From Alphaproteobacteria bacterium (GTDB taxonomy: Bacteria > Pseudomonadota > Alphaproteobacteria > GM7ARS4 > G965262615), in contig OZ253545.1 in the NCBI GenBank assembly GCA_965262615.1, forward strand, positions 768,001 through 832,000: a DNA stretch of 64,000 nucleotides, given 5' to 3'. This document shows positions 1-8,175 of this stretch, piece after piece. A program made the position numbers and the translations under genes. The first letter of the stretch is position 1. Every line of letters starts with the position of its first letter. Below the pieces are notes generated by a model. It worked only from the letters and a program-made list of their open reading frames with translations, did no database searches and was not told where the DNA came from.

Positions 1-2
1 TG

Positions 3-890
3 CTGGCATCATTGAACGAGGGGGACGAGGTGATTATTCCCGCACCTTACTGGGTGTCTTATCCCGACATGGTGCGGCTGGCGGGGGGCAAGCCCGTGAT
101 TGTGCCGTGCGGCGCGGCGCAAGGCTTCAAACTCACACCTGATGCCTTGCGCGCCGCTCTCACACCTCGCAGCAAGTGGCTGATTGTGAACTCTCCCAGC
201 AATCCAACGGGAGCGATTTACAGTCATGAGGAATTGGCATCCTTGCTGGCGGTGGTGCGGCAGCATGACTCTGTGTGCGTGTTGAGCGATGAGATCTATG
301 AGGGAATTATTTATGATGACGCGCCCTTTGCCTCGTGTACGGCGGTGGCGCGAGATGTCTCAGAAGAGCTCATTGAGCGGGTGTTGGTGGTGAATGGGGT
401 GTCCAAAGCCTATGCCATGACGGGGTGGCGCATTGGCTACGGCGTTGGCTCGGCGAAGCTCATCAAGGGCATGGCGAAAATTCAATCCCAGAGCACTTCC
501 AATGCGTGCAGTGTGAGTCAATATGCGTCATTGGCGGCATTGACGGGGGATGATGGCTTTATGGCGGCGCGCACCGCGGCATTCTCGGCTCGGCGCGATA
601 GGGTGGTGACCGCACTCAATGACATGGCGGGAATTGAGTGTGATGTGCCGCGCGGGGCGTTTTATGTCTTTCCTTCCTGTGCGGGGGTGCTGGGCAAGAA
701 GGATGGTGGCGATGTCATTGCCTCGTCTTTGGATTTTGCCTCTTACCTGCTGCGAGCAGCGCGAGTGGCGGTGGTGGCGGGGGAGGCGTTTGGCATGGAG
801 GGACACATTCGCATCTCCTACGCCACCGATGATGATTCCCTTAAAACCGCCATGAAACGAATAGCAGACGCAGTCGCCCAGCTACGATAG
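3..890 (+). CDS. aspC: PLP-dependent class I/II (aspartate) aminotransferase, 5' end cut by window edge
   Basis: Motifs PAPYWVSY, NSPSNPTG, SDEIYE, SKAYAMTGWRIGY (PLP lysine) and GAFY. Frame is open to the window start. Confidence 0.9.
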   Translation: MASLNEGDEVIIPAPYWVSYPDMVRLAGGKPVIVPCGAAQGFKLTPDALRAALTPRSKWLIVNSPSNPTGAIYSHEELASLLAVVRQHDSVCVLSDEIYEGIIYDDAPFASCTAVARDVSEELIERVLVVNGVSKAYAMTGWRIGYGVGSAKLIKGMAKIQSQSTSNACSVSQYASLAALTGDDGFMAARTAAFSARRDRVVTALNDMAGIECDVPRGAFYVFPSCAGVLGKKDGGDVIASSLDFASYLLRAARVAVVAGEAFGMEGHIRISYATDDDSLKTAMKRIADAVAQLR

Positions 891-915
891 CCCATGCAAA
901 ACCGCGTTTTTTGTT

Positions 916-1560
916 TTATTTGATATATCCCTGGGCAATTAAAATAGTGACAGTAATGCCCCCAAACCACATCAAGATGTTTACTTTGCCTGTGAGAACT
1001 TGCATCTTTGTGTCCAAAGATTGAATTGATTTGATGACATCTGACATAGTCCAGACCTCTGAAGAAATGAGAGACTCCACATCGGCTCCACCAAGCTCTG
1101 TTTTGCCTTGAAGGGGACCCGAATAGCGTTTTATGCTGGGTTTTGCCAATCTGTGTATTTCCAAAGTGAGAAAGTCTTCTTTGAAGGTAAAGGTGACGCG
1201 GCGGGAAGTTGGGTTGACAATCCTAGCAAACAATCTGCCGTGAAAACCTGGATCAATTTGTGCACCTGTTGTGGCATAAATTCCTTTTCTGGCAAGACCA
1301 GAGGTCAGATCAAAACGAGCGGCGTGGCTCTGATTGATTGCGATTATTTCATGAGTGCCGATAATGGCAGAGTCACCAGCCTCAACAATGATAAAACCTT
1401 TTTCAGAAATATCTTCTATTTTCTTTCCTTGAATGGTTGCTCCCTGTTTGCCCACGCGCAAATCGTAGGATGCGGGCTGCAATTGCCTGTCTTCATAATC
1501 AGAAATCTCAATCCCGCCATTATCAAGAGCTTCTTTAATCCCTTTGTCTGACAAAATCAT
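916..1560 (-). CDS. dCTP deaminase/dUTPase-fold protein with C-terminal coiled coil and hydrophobic helix (copy 1)
   Basis: MILSD..., QPASYDLRVG, TSGLARKG, IDPGFHG and YSGP match the Dcd family. C-terminus is ILMWFGGITVTILIA. Confidence 0.75.
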   Translation of the reverse strand: MILSDKGIKEALDNGGIEISDYEDRQLQPASYDLRVGKQGATIQGKKIEDISEKGFIIVEAGDSAIIGTHEIIAINQSHAARFDLTSGLARKGIYATTGAQIDPGFHGRLFARIVNPTSRRVTFTFKEDFLTLEIHRLAKPSIKRYSGPLQGKTELGGADVESLISSEVWTMSDVIKSIQSLDTKMQVLTGKVNILMWFGGITVTILIAQGYIK

Positions 1561-1595
1561 TGCGGCACCCTCTTTTGTTGATGCAATGTTCTTTT

Positions 1596-1624
1596 AATAT
1601 ACTATTTTTTGCTTGGTCTTACAA
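1596..1624 (-). promoter_or_regulatory. sigma70-like promoter of Dcd-like copy 1
   Basis: TTGTAA-N17-TATATT on the minus strand, about 35 bp upstream of the ATG. Conserved in copy 2. Confidence 0.55.
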
Positions 1625-1689
1625 GAATGAACGGAAATTACTTTGAAGACGGTTTGTCCCGTTGTTCAAAAAGAGGTTCGCTGACCGCA
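1598..1689. repeat. Direct repeat of 2423..2514, part of an 825-bp tandem duplication
   Basis: Near-identical ~92 bp TATACTATTTTTTGCTTGGTCTTACAAGAATGAACGG...GTTCGCTGACCGCA. The 825-bp offset equals the offset of the two Dcd-like ORFs. Confidence 0.9.
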
Positions 1690-1740
1690 TTTTTTAATCT
1701 TTTTTCAGCTGCGATAACTCATATAAAACTTCGTTTTGTT

Positions 1741-2385
1741 TTATCTGAAAGATGCCATAATTCCCATCAAAGCGAGCATGACAGGAAAAAGCCACATCAA
1801 CATTTTTACTTGAATTGCGAGCTCTCGCACCTCTCTGCTGGAAGATTGAACCGATTTGATGATGTCTGGCACAGTCCATACCTCTGAAGAAAAGAAATGC
1901 TCCACATCACCTCCATCAAACTCCGTTTTGCCTTGATAGGGACCCGAATAAGGCTTTGTGCTGGGTTCTAACAATTGGTGTATTTCCAAAGTGAGAAAGT
2001 CCTGTTTGAAGGTGAAGGTGACGGGATGAGGCATCAAATTGGTAATGCCAACAAACAATCTGCCGTGATACCCCGGGTCCACTTGTGTGCCTGTTGTGGC
2101 ATAAATTCCTCTTCTGGCATGACCAGAGGTCAGACCAAAACGAGCCGCGTGACTCGCATCCATTCTGATGACCTCATGAGTGCTGAGAAGGGCAGAGTCA
2201 CCAGCCTCAACAACGATAAAACCTCGTTCAGAAATATCTTCTATTTTCTTCCCCTTAAGAGTTGCCACCTGCCTGCCAACGCGCAAATCGTAGGACGCCG
2301 GCTGCAACTGCTTGTCCTCATAACCAGAGATCTCAATCCCTTTATCCCTGAGAGCTTGTTTGATTCCGTTGTCCGATAAAACCAT
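1741..2385 (-). CDS. dCTP deaminase/dUTPase-fold protein with C-terminal coiled coil and hydrophobic helix (copy 2)
   Basis: 214-aa paralogue of 916..1560 with QPASYDLRVG, TSGHARRG, VDPGYHG and YSGPYQG. C-terminus is MLMWLFPVMLALMGIMA. Confidence 0.75.
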   Translation of the reverse strand: MVLSDNGIKQALRDKGIEISGYEDKQLQPASYDLRVGRQVATLKGKKIEDISERGFIVVEAGDSALLSTHEVIRMDASHAARFGLTSGHARRGIYATTGTQVDPGYHGRLFVGITNLMPHPVTFTFKQDFLTLEIHQLLEPSTKPYSGPYQGKTEFDGGDVEHFFSSEVWTVPDIIKSVQSSSREVRELAIQVKMLMWLFPVMLALMGIMASFR

Positions 2386-2420
2386 TGCACGATCCTTTTT
2401 TCTTGAAACGACACCCCGCC

Positions 2421-2449
2421 ACTATACTATTTTTTGCTTGGTCTTACAA
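2421..2449 (-). promoter_or_regulatory. sigma70-like promoter of Dcd-like copy 2
   Basis: TTGTAA-N17-TATAGT on the minus strand. Confidence 0.55.
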
Positions 2450-2490
2450 GAATGAACGGCAATTACTTTGAAGACGGTTTGTCTTGCCGT

Positions 2491-2775
2491 TCAAAAAGAG
2501 GTTCGCTGACCGCAAAATAGTTTTAGTTCATACAAAATTTTGTCAATGAGCAAATCACGCACCGCCAGATAGGGTGTGTAATAATCCACCGCAACAACGC
2601 GCTCCATATCAATATCGTCACAATCCCATTTTTGATCCACAACGATGGCAAACATGGATGACGCACTGATGTCTTCATCCAAAAAATCACTGACGCTGTC
2701 GCCATCAATGGTCTTGACATGCTGGCGCACCAAATTCAGCAAAGCGGTAAAATCTTGAGGGTTCAGCTCGCACAT
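2491..2775 (-). CDS. Hypothetical acidic protein (94 aa)
   Basis: Starts 3 bp after the stop of the preceding gene on the same strand. No recognised motif. Confidence 0.55.
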   Translation of the reverse strand: MCELNPQDFTALLNLVRQHVKTIDGDSVSDFLDEDISASSMFAIVVDQKWDCDDIDMERVVAVDYYTPYLAVRDLLIDKILYELKLFCGQRTSF

Positions 2776-2778
2776 GGC

Positions 2779-3513
2779 TCAATAGGTCTTGCGTTCTTCT
2801 TCCAGTTTTTTGGCATCGTAATGGGCGATGAAATTCTCGTAAGGAATAAAATCGTAGCGCGCGTAATGACTGGCATAAGGCTCGCGTCCCATGACCTTGT
2901 CATATTTCGTCTTAAATTGGGGTGGTGCTAAAATATAGAATTTCGTTCTAAAGGGTTCTAATTGATAGAGGCGAGAAATGGCATTTTCCATCGTTCCAAT
3001 GCTATCCACCACTTCATAGGCTCTTTGCGGGAATGGTTTATCTTTTTTGTCAAAAAAAATGACATCAATGTTTCTGGCTTCGGCAAGAATATCACCATAG
3101 GTAAATGGTGGGAGTTCCGACAAAGTGACAAGGTTTTTGAGAGGCACACCATTGAATTGAGCCGCTTTATCGGCGGTGAATGTGTGGTATTCGTCCAAGT
3201 TACCCAGCTCAATACACACGCCTTCCATGTGAGCGTGCATACGCTCGTCATCTTTTTTGATGGTGGCGAGGGGTGTTTCTTCGTATTGTCTGTCCTTGAG
3301 GGCAAAGATGCCGATGCCCAGCTTTTTGAACGCGGTGTCGGGGTTTTTCATATCTCTGTAAAGCACACCTCTGAGACCCGCCTTCCAGTCATCTGACCGC
3401 TTGGCTTCAGGATAATAGCGTTCAATGGTGTCGTAGATAACTTCCCATGAGGCAACGCCATCATGGTCTTGTAGCAATCGGCGCATGGCTTCTATTTTTG
3501 TTGCGTCACTCAT
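2779..3513 (-). CDS. Putative winged-helix + PD-(D/E)xK restriction-endonuclease-like protein
   Basis: N-terminal helical segment (WKAGLRGVLYR...GIFALK) and C-terminal IDVIFF...PQRAYEV nuclease-like motif. Confidence 0.55.
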   Translation of the reverse strand: MSDATKIEAMRRLLQDHDGVASWEVIYDTIERYYPEAKRSDDWKAGLRGVLYRDMKNPDTAFKKLGIGIFALKDRQYEETPLATIKKDDERMHAHMEGVCIELGNLDEYHTFTADKAAQFNGVPLKNLVTLSELPPFTYGDILAEARNIDVIFFDKKDKPFPQRAYEVVDSIGTMENAISRLYQLEPFRTKFYILAPPQFKTKYDKVMGREPYASHYARYDFIPYENFIAHYDAKKLEEERKTY

Positions 3514-3552
3514 GAAATTATGACTTTAATAAAAAATGTTCGGTAAGGCGAA

Positions 3553-4458
3553 TTATTTTTTTATAATCAATTTTTTGTGGTGTTTTTTGGCAATGACTGT
3601 GGCAAGGAGAATCAATCCTGCCGCGGTGGCAATGGAGCCGCCGCCATTGAAGGCTCGTCCTTCCGTCAGCACCACCAGCGGCACATACAACGCGACAACA
3701 TAGCCCAATAAAACCGATGTGACCGCGATGAGCATCGCCATAATTAATTGCGTGATGGCGTCGCCTCCCAGCACCGCCGCGGTGGTGACTGGAATGGCAA
3801 ACAGTGCAATGGTCACCACCGCTCCTGTTGCCTGAAAACACGCCGCCGCCGCGATTGCCGTGAGCCCTGCCAACACATACCGCCAGCGCGCTGTGGACAT
3901 ACCAATGGACTCGGCATAAATGGGGTCAAAAATCACCACCATCAATTCCTTGCGTAGCGGCAGCACAATCGCCGCCACCAGCACCAACACCAACGCCAAC
4001 ATCCAAATCTCATAGGGCACAAACCACACATCAGACCACGCCACGCCATTCAACAAAGACGGCATCATGATGCCCTCCAAATTGCCATACAACGCATGCT
4101 CAACATCAATATGAAAATGAGACAGCTGCAATCGCTCCAGAAAAAAAACGCCCAAGGCGAAAAAACTGGTGAGCGTCATGCCCATCGCCCCTTGGGTGTT
4201 CAAAACGGTGTGTTTCTCCAGCCACTCGCTCAAGAGCAACGAGAGCATGGCAGCCAGCGTGGCACACAGCAAAATCATGGACGGTGACAGCGTGTGACTC
4301 ACCACCGCCGCCGCCACAATGCCCGGCAACACCGCATGGCTCACCGCATTGGCATACAACAATCCCTGACGCAAAAACAAAAAATGCCCCATCAAACAGG
4401 CAATCATCGCGGTGAGCAACGCCGCGAGCAAGGCGGGAATGTCCAACGCCAGACTCAT
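3553..4458 (-). CDS. Mn/Zn/Fe ABC transporter permease (TroD/MntD-like)
   Basis: Hydrophobic protein with NAVSHAVLPG, LYGNL and FDPIYA. ATG at 4458 overlaps the upstream stop (ATGA). Confidence 0.85.
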   Translation of the reverse strand: MSLALDIPALLAALLTAMIACLMGHFLFLRQGLLYANAVSHAVLPGIVAAAVVSHTLSPSMILLCATLAAMLSLLLSEWLEKHTVLNTQGAMGMTLTSFFALGVFFLERLQLSHFHIDVEHALYGNLEGIMMPSLLNGVAWSDVWFVPYEIWMLALVLVLVAAIVLPLRKELMVVIFDPIYAESIGMSTARWRYVLAGLTAIAAAACFQATGAVVTIALFAIPVTTAAVLGGDAITQLIMAMLIAVTSVLLGYVVALYVPLVVLTEGRAFNGGGSIATAAGLILLATVIAKKHHKKLIIKK

Positions 4459-5324
4459 CGCACGGATCGCCACCGCCCATACCACGAGACAAGCCGTGCC
4501 ACAACAAGGGCGAGCACAAACAAACTCAAAGCCGTGAGCGTGATCATGCTGCCCGCAGGAACGCCCGCCTGCCACGAGGAAATGGCAACGCCCACCGCCG
4601 AGCTCAATGCTCCCAATATAATTGCCATCACCAACGCGCCTCCCATAGAGCGATGCAGCAACAACGCCGCCGCTGGCGGAATGATGGTGAGAGACAAGAC
4701 CAAAATCAATCCCGCCGCCGTCAAGCCGCTCATCACCACCGCCAGCACCAAACACAGCAAGATGAACTCCAAACGCCGACGATTCCAGCCGATGGAATCG
4801 GTGAACACAGGGTCCATCAGCATCACGGTAAAGGCGGGGCGATAGAACCACAACAGCACCGCACTCACCAACGCCAGCACCGCCATGCGAATGCCATCCT
4901 GCAGGGTGATGGTGGCAGCCGAGCCCAGCAATAAATCCTCCAAGCCCGCCTGAGACGACACAGGAAGCGTCTGAATGGCACTCAAAAGCACAATGCCCAC
5001 GCCAAACGACCAGCCAATGATGGAACTGAGCATACTGTCATCGCGCAGACCACTGTGACGCTTGATAAAGGAAAAAATCCACAATCCCACCATGCCGCCG
5101 CCAATGCCGCCCACCGTCAGCCACGGCAAGGAGCGTTCCGATATGCCAAAGCCATAGAGCAACAAAAAAGCAAACGCCATGCCCGGCAGGGTGCAGTGGG
5201 TAATCAAATCCACCGCCATGGAACGGCGAGCCAGCAGGGTGAACAATCCCACCGCCGCCGCCGTGCCGCCGAAAATCGCACTCACCAGTGCCACGAGCAA
5301 ACTGTTGTAGGGGATGTCCATCAT
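4455..5324 (-). CDS. Mn/Zn/Fe ABC transporter permease (TroC/MntC-like)
   Basis: DLITHCTLPG, LLLGSAA and MDPVF motifs of the ABC-3 permease family. Confidence 0.85.
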   Translation of the reverse strand: MMDIPYNSLLVALVSAIFGGTAAAVGLFTLLARRSMAVDLITHCTLPGMAFAFLLLYGFGISERSLPWLTVGGIGGGMVGLWIFSFIKRHSGLRDDSMLSSIIGWSFGVGIVLLSAIQTLPVSSQAGLEDLLLGSAATITLQDGIRMAVLALVSAVLLWFYRPAFTVMLMDPVFTDSIGWNRRRLEFILLCLVLAVVMSGLTAAGLILVLSLTIIPPAAALLLHRSMGGALVMAIILGALSSAVGVAISSWQAGVPAGSMITLTALSLFVLALVVARLVSWYGRWRSVR

Positions 5325-6046
5325 GACAGCAACGAGAAGCCATAGGCTTGGCTGATGTGGGACGGTGTCATGACCTCACGACACGCCCCGCACATCATGG
5401 AGTGGGGGCTCATGAGCCAGACATTGTCAAAGAATTCGGCGATTTTCGCCAAATCATGATGCACCGCCAGCATGGCAACGCCATCGCTCTTCATGGATTG
5501 AAACAGCTCATTGATGATGGTGCGGCTGGCATCATCAATGCCGTTGTAGGGTTCGTCCAGAATGTAGAGCTGGGCTTGCATGGCAAGACTGCGGGCAATG
5601 AGCACTCGTTGTCGCTGTCCGCCGGAGAGGTCGCCAATGGGTTGGTGTGCCGCATCCGCCATGCCCACCCGACCAAGCCACTCCAGTGCCTCGTCTTTGT
5701 GATGCCGCCGAATCAAACCGCCGATGCCAATGCGAGGGTAGAGTCCCATGAGGGTCACATCCAGTGCCGAAAGAGGAAAGTGCCAATCAATATCCTGCAG
5801 CTGCGGAATGTAGGCGATGCGGGAGCGATGAGCATCAATGCCTTTGCCAAAAACACGCACAGAGCCCGATGAAGGGGTCATCAATCCCATGATGGCTTTG
5901 AGAAGCGTGGATTTTCCCACGCCGTTGGGTCCCACAATGGCGGTGAGGCTGGGCTGCGTGATGGCGGCATTGACGCGCTGAAAAACAATCTGCTGACCAT
6001 AGGCACAAGTCAGATCACGAACAGAAAGAATGGCAGCTGCGGGCAT
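5321..6046 (-). CDS. Mn/Zn/Fe ABC transporter ATP-binding protein (TroB/MntB-like)
   Basis: Walker A GPNGVGKST, LSGGQRQR, LDEP and HHDL. Confidence 0.9.
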   Translation of the reverse strand: MPAAAILSVRDLTCAYGQQIVFQRVNAAITQPSLTAIVGPNGVGKSTLLKAIMGLMTPSSGSVRVFGKGIDAHRSRIAYIPQLQDIDWHFPLSALDVTLMGLYPRIGIGGLIRRHHKDEALEWLGRVGMADAAHQPIGDLSGGQRQRVLIARSLAMQAQLYILDEPYNGIDDASRTIINELFQSMKSDGVAMLAVHHDLAKIAEFFDNVWLMSPHSMMCGACREVMTPSHISQAYGFSLLS

Positions 6047-6049
6047 GAC

Positions 6050-7123
6050 TCAGGGTTGAGTCGGCATTTCGGGCGTTGCGGCGATGGTTGTTTGTTGTGG
6101 TTTTTGCGGTGCGGCGTTGTTTTGCTTCTGTGCCAGTTGAGCGTTTTGCGGCTGAATGGCTTTGAGGATGGTTCTCACATTGTGCGCGATCATTCCCAGA
6201 TAAGTTCCTGCGCGCGTTCCTGGCGCACCCATAGAATCGGCATAGAGGATGCCGCCCATCGTGATGTCGTGTCCTCTGGCTTTGCTGCCCTCAATGAGCG
6301 CCTCAACATAGCGCGGATTGACCGAGCTTTCGGCAAACAGTGCGGGGATACTGCGATTGACGGTGAGTTCCACGAGGCGATTGATGTCATGGAGTCCTGC
6401 TTCACTTTCGGTGCTCATTCCTTGAATCCCGCGCACATCAAAGTTGTATCGTCTGCCGAAATAGAAGAACGCGTCATGAGCGGTGAGCAGCACTCGTTCC
6501 TGGTCTGACAGATTTTGCAAGGAGCGGGCGATGGTTTCGTGCAGTCGGGCGGTGGCTTTTTGAAAGACGCGCAACCGCGCCAGATAAAAGGCGGCATTGT
6601 CCAGATCATTGTCGGCGATGCGATTGACCGCCTCACCGATGGCATGACTCCAGATGACGGGGTCCATCCACAGGTGCGGGTCAATGTGTCCCTCGTCACT
6701 GAGATGCAGGCTGCGTTCGGGCACGAGATCCAAGATGGTGACGACTTGTTTGCCGTGCTGTTGCAACCGTCCGATGGGTCTTTTGAGGGGCGCTTCCAGC
6801 GAGGGCCCCGTCCAGATAATCATGTCGGCGGCGGCGAGCAGAGCCATATCCGAACGGGTGGGACGATACAAATGAGGGTCAACGCCCTCCCGCATCAGCG
6901 CAACCACCTCAATGCGTTTGCCGCCGATGCGTCCGATGGGGTCGCTGAGCATGGTGGTGGTGGTGACAACCAGTTGCGTGTACGGGTCGCTCTGCAGCCG
7001 TTGCAGACGCTCATCGCCACCGTAGCCCAGCAGCAACAACGCACACACCCCACACACCACCGCGTAGGCAACCACAAAGGGACGCTGATTCATTGTCATC
7101 AGTTGGCGCATCAATTGGCTCAC
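6050..7123 (-). CDS. Metal ABC transporter substrate-binding protein (TroA/MntA-like)
   Basis: GVDPHLY, DPHLWMDP, TAHDAFFYFG and LYADSMG metal-ligand motifs. GTG start preceded by an AAGGAG RBS. Confidence 0.9.
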   Translation of the reverse strand: MSQLMRQLMTMNQRPFVVAYAVVCGVCALLLLGYGGDERLQRLQSDPYTQLVVTTTTMLSDPIGRIGGKRIEVVALMREGVDPHLYRPTRSDMALLAAADMIIWTGPSLEAPLKRPIGRLQQHGKQVVTILDLVPERSLHLSDEGHIDPHLWMDPVIWSHAIGEAVNRIADNDLDNAAFYLARLRVFQKATARLHETIARSLQNLSDQERVLLTAHDAFFYFGRRYNFDVRGIQGMSTESEAGLHDINRLVELTVNRSIPALFAESSVNPRYVEALIEGSKARGHDITMGGILYADSMGAPGTRAGTYLGMIAHNVRTILKAIQPQNAQLAQKQNNAAPQKPQQTTIAATPEMPTQP

Positions 7124-7141
7124 AGACTCCTTTATGGGCTA

Positions 7142-7160
7142 GTTGCGAATGATTGTCAAT
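7142..7160. promoter_or_regulatory. Putative Fur/Mur-family operator upstream of the metal ABC operon
   Basis: 19-bp imperfect 9-1-9 palindrome GTTGCGAAT-G-ATTGTCAAT, about 20 bp upstream of the binding-protein start. Resembles alphaproteobacterial Fur/Mur boxes. Confidence 0.5.
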
Positions 7161-7261
7161 AGCAAGTAGAGGTATTATGACACATAATCCACACAATTAC
7201 AAAGTGTAATCTTAATTTTTTGTTGGAATTGTCAATCGTGAGGCAGGGGCGCAAGGAGGGC

Positions 7262-7743
7262 TTATTCTTTGTCAAATGGTGGTTCTGTGTTTGCAAAATC
7301 AATCCTTTCTATGGATGGTATCCGAAATGTAAATGCTGTGCGTCCTTGAAATGAGCTCACGGCAAAATCTCCTTCGCCAATAATATCCATTCCTATGAGA
7401 ATGTCGATCTCACCAGATAAACTTTCTGATTCACTCACGAGATGATTTTCAAACATCACACCATTGGGAAGAACGATATTCACACGATATGCCGCAACTC
7501 TTTGAGGTTCTACCGTGCTGGGGGTTCTGACAAGAGCGACACCCACTTGCCGCAAGGCACATTTTTTTGCCACATGCTTTGTGACTGATGTGTGTGTTGC
7601 TCCCGTATCCCAGATGGCTTTGAACTGAATTTTTTGTGCATGGGCATGGGCGTGTGCCACACCCACACATCACTTGAGAGCTCACTCAAGCGAGTGTTTG
7701 CATCAATGGTAAAAGCTTTAATGGGCGGGTTTCTTTGCGCCAT
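7262..7743 (-). pseudogene. Clan AA (retropepsin-like) aspartic protease, apparently frameshifted at a (TG)3 run
   Basis: AIWDTGATHT and ILIGMDII motifs lie in 7262..7666. A plausible N-terminus (MAQRNPPIKAFT..LSSDV) from the ATG at 7743 is in another frame and joins if one TG at 7664-7669 is removed. Confidence 0.6.
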
Positions 7744-7990
7744 CAATAAAGGAAAACCGAGTTTGAAATGTTTGATGGATGCTACGCGGATCCTCCGAAC
7801 ACTCCTGCACCAAGAATGTCCCCAGCTCATGCTTTTTGCTGGTGACCTTGATGGCTTCCTTCACATCATCATAAGCACCAATGACTTGTTGGTCTTTAAT
7901 CACAACAAACTTGCCGTTGTATTTTTTGACCAACGCCTCGTGATTCTCCAAAAAATAATCAAAATCCCGATCCAACTTCCTGTCCAACAT
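7718..7990 (-). CDS. DUF5678-like small protein
   Basis: YFLENHEALVKKYNGKFVVIKDQQVIG pattern. This family is a common upstream partner of clan AA proteases. Confidence 0.7.
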   Translation of the reverse strand: MLDRKLDRDFDYFLENHEALVKKYNGKFVVIKDQQVIGAYDDVKEAIKVTSKKHELGTFLVQECSEDPRSIHQTFQTRFSFIDGAKKPAH

Positions 7991-8175
7991 GATTAATTCC
8001 CTTCGTCAGTGTGTGTTGTTTGTTGCAGAGAGCGTCACCATTCCTCAAGATAAGATGAAAAATGAACCAGCACAAGAGAAAGGCGGGGGAATTCTTTGAA
8101 GATGCCATGGACTTTTTAATTGATTGCAGTTACAATCAAAATCTTATTTCGTTGGAAACATGAAGGAGGCTGGAT

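Noticed and set aside
916-2385. Identity with known defensive dCTP deaminases (AvcD type)
   Set aside because: Those use a Zn-dependent HxE...PCxxC deaminase fold. These ORFs are of the trimeric Dcd/dUTPase fold.
3553-4851. 432-aa ORF as listed, and similar long 5' extensions at 11432, 14050, 14330, 24163..25209 and 55441..57309
   Set aside because: The extensions overlap upstream genes or lack an RBS. Starts were trimmed to coupled or RBS-supported codons.
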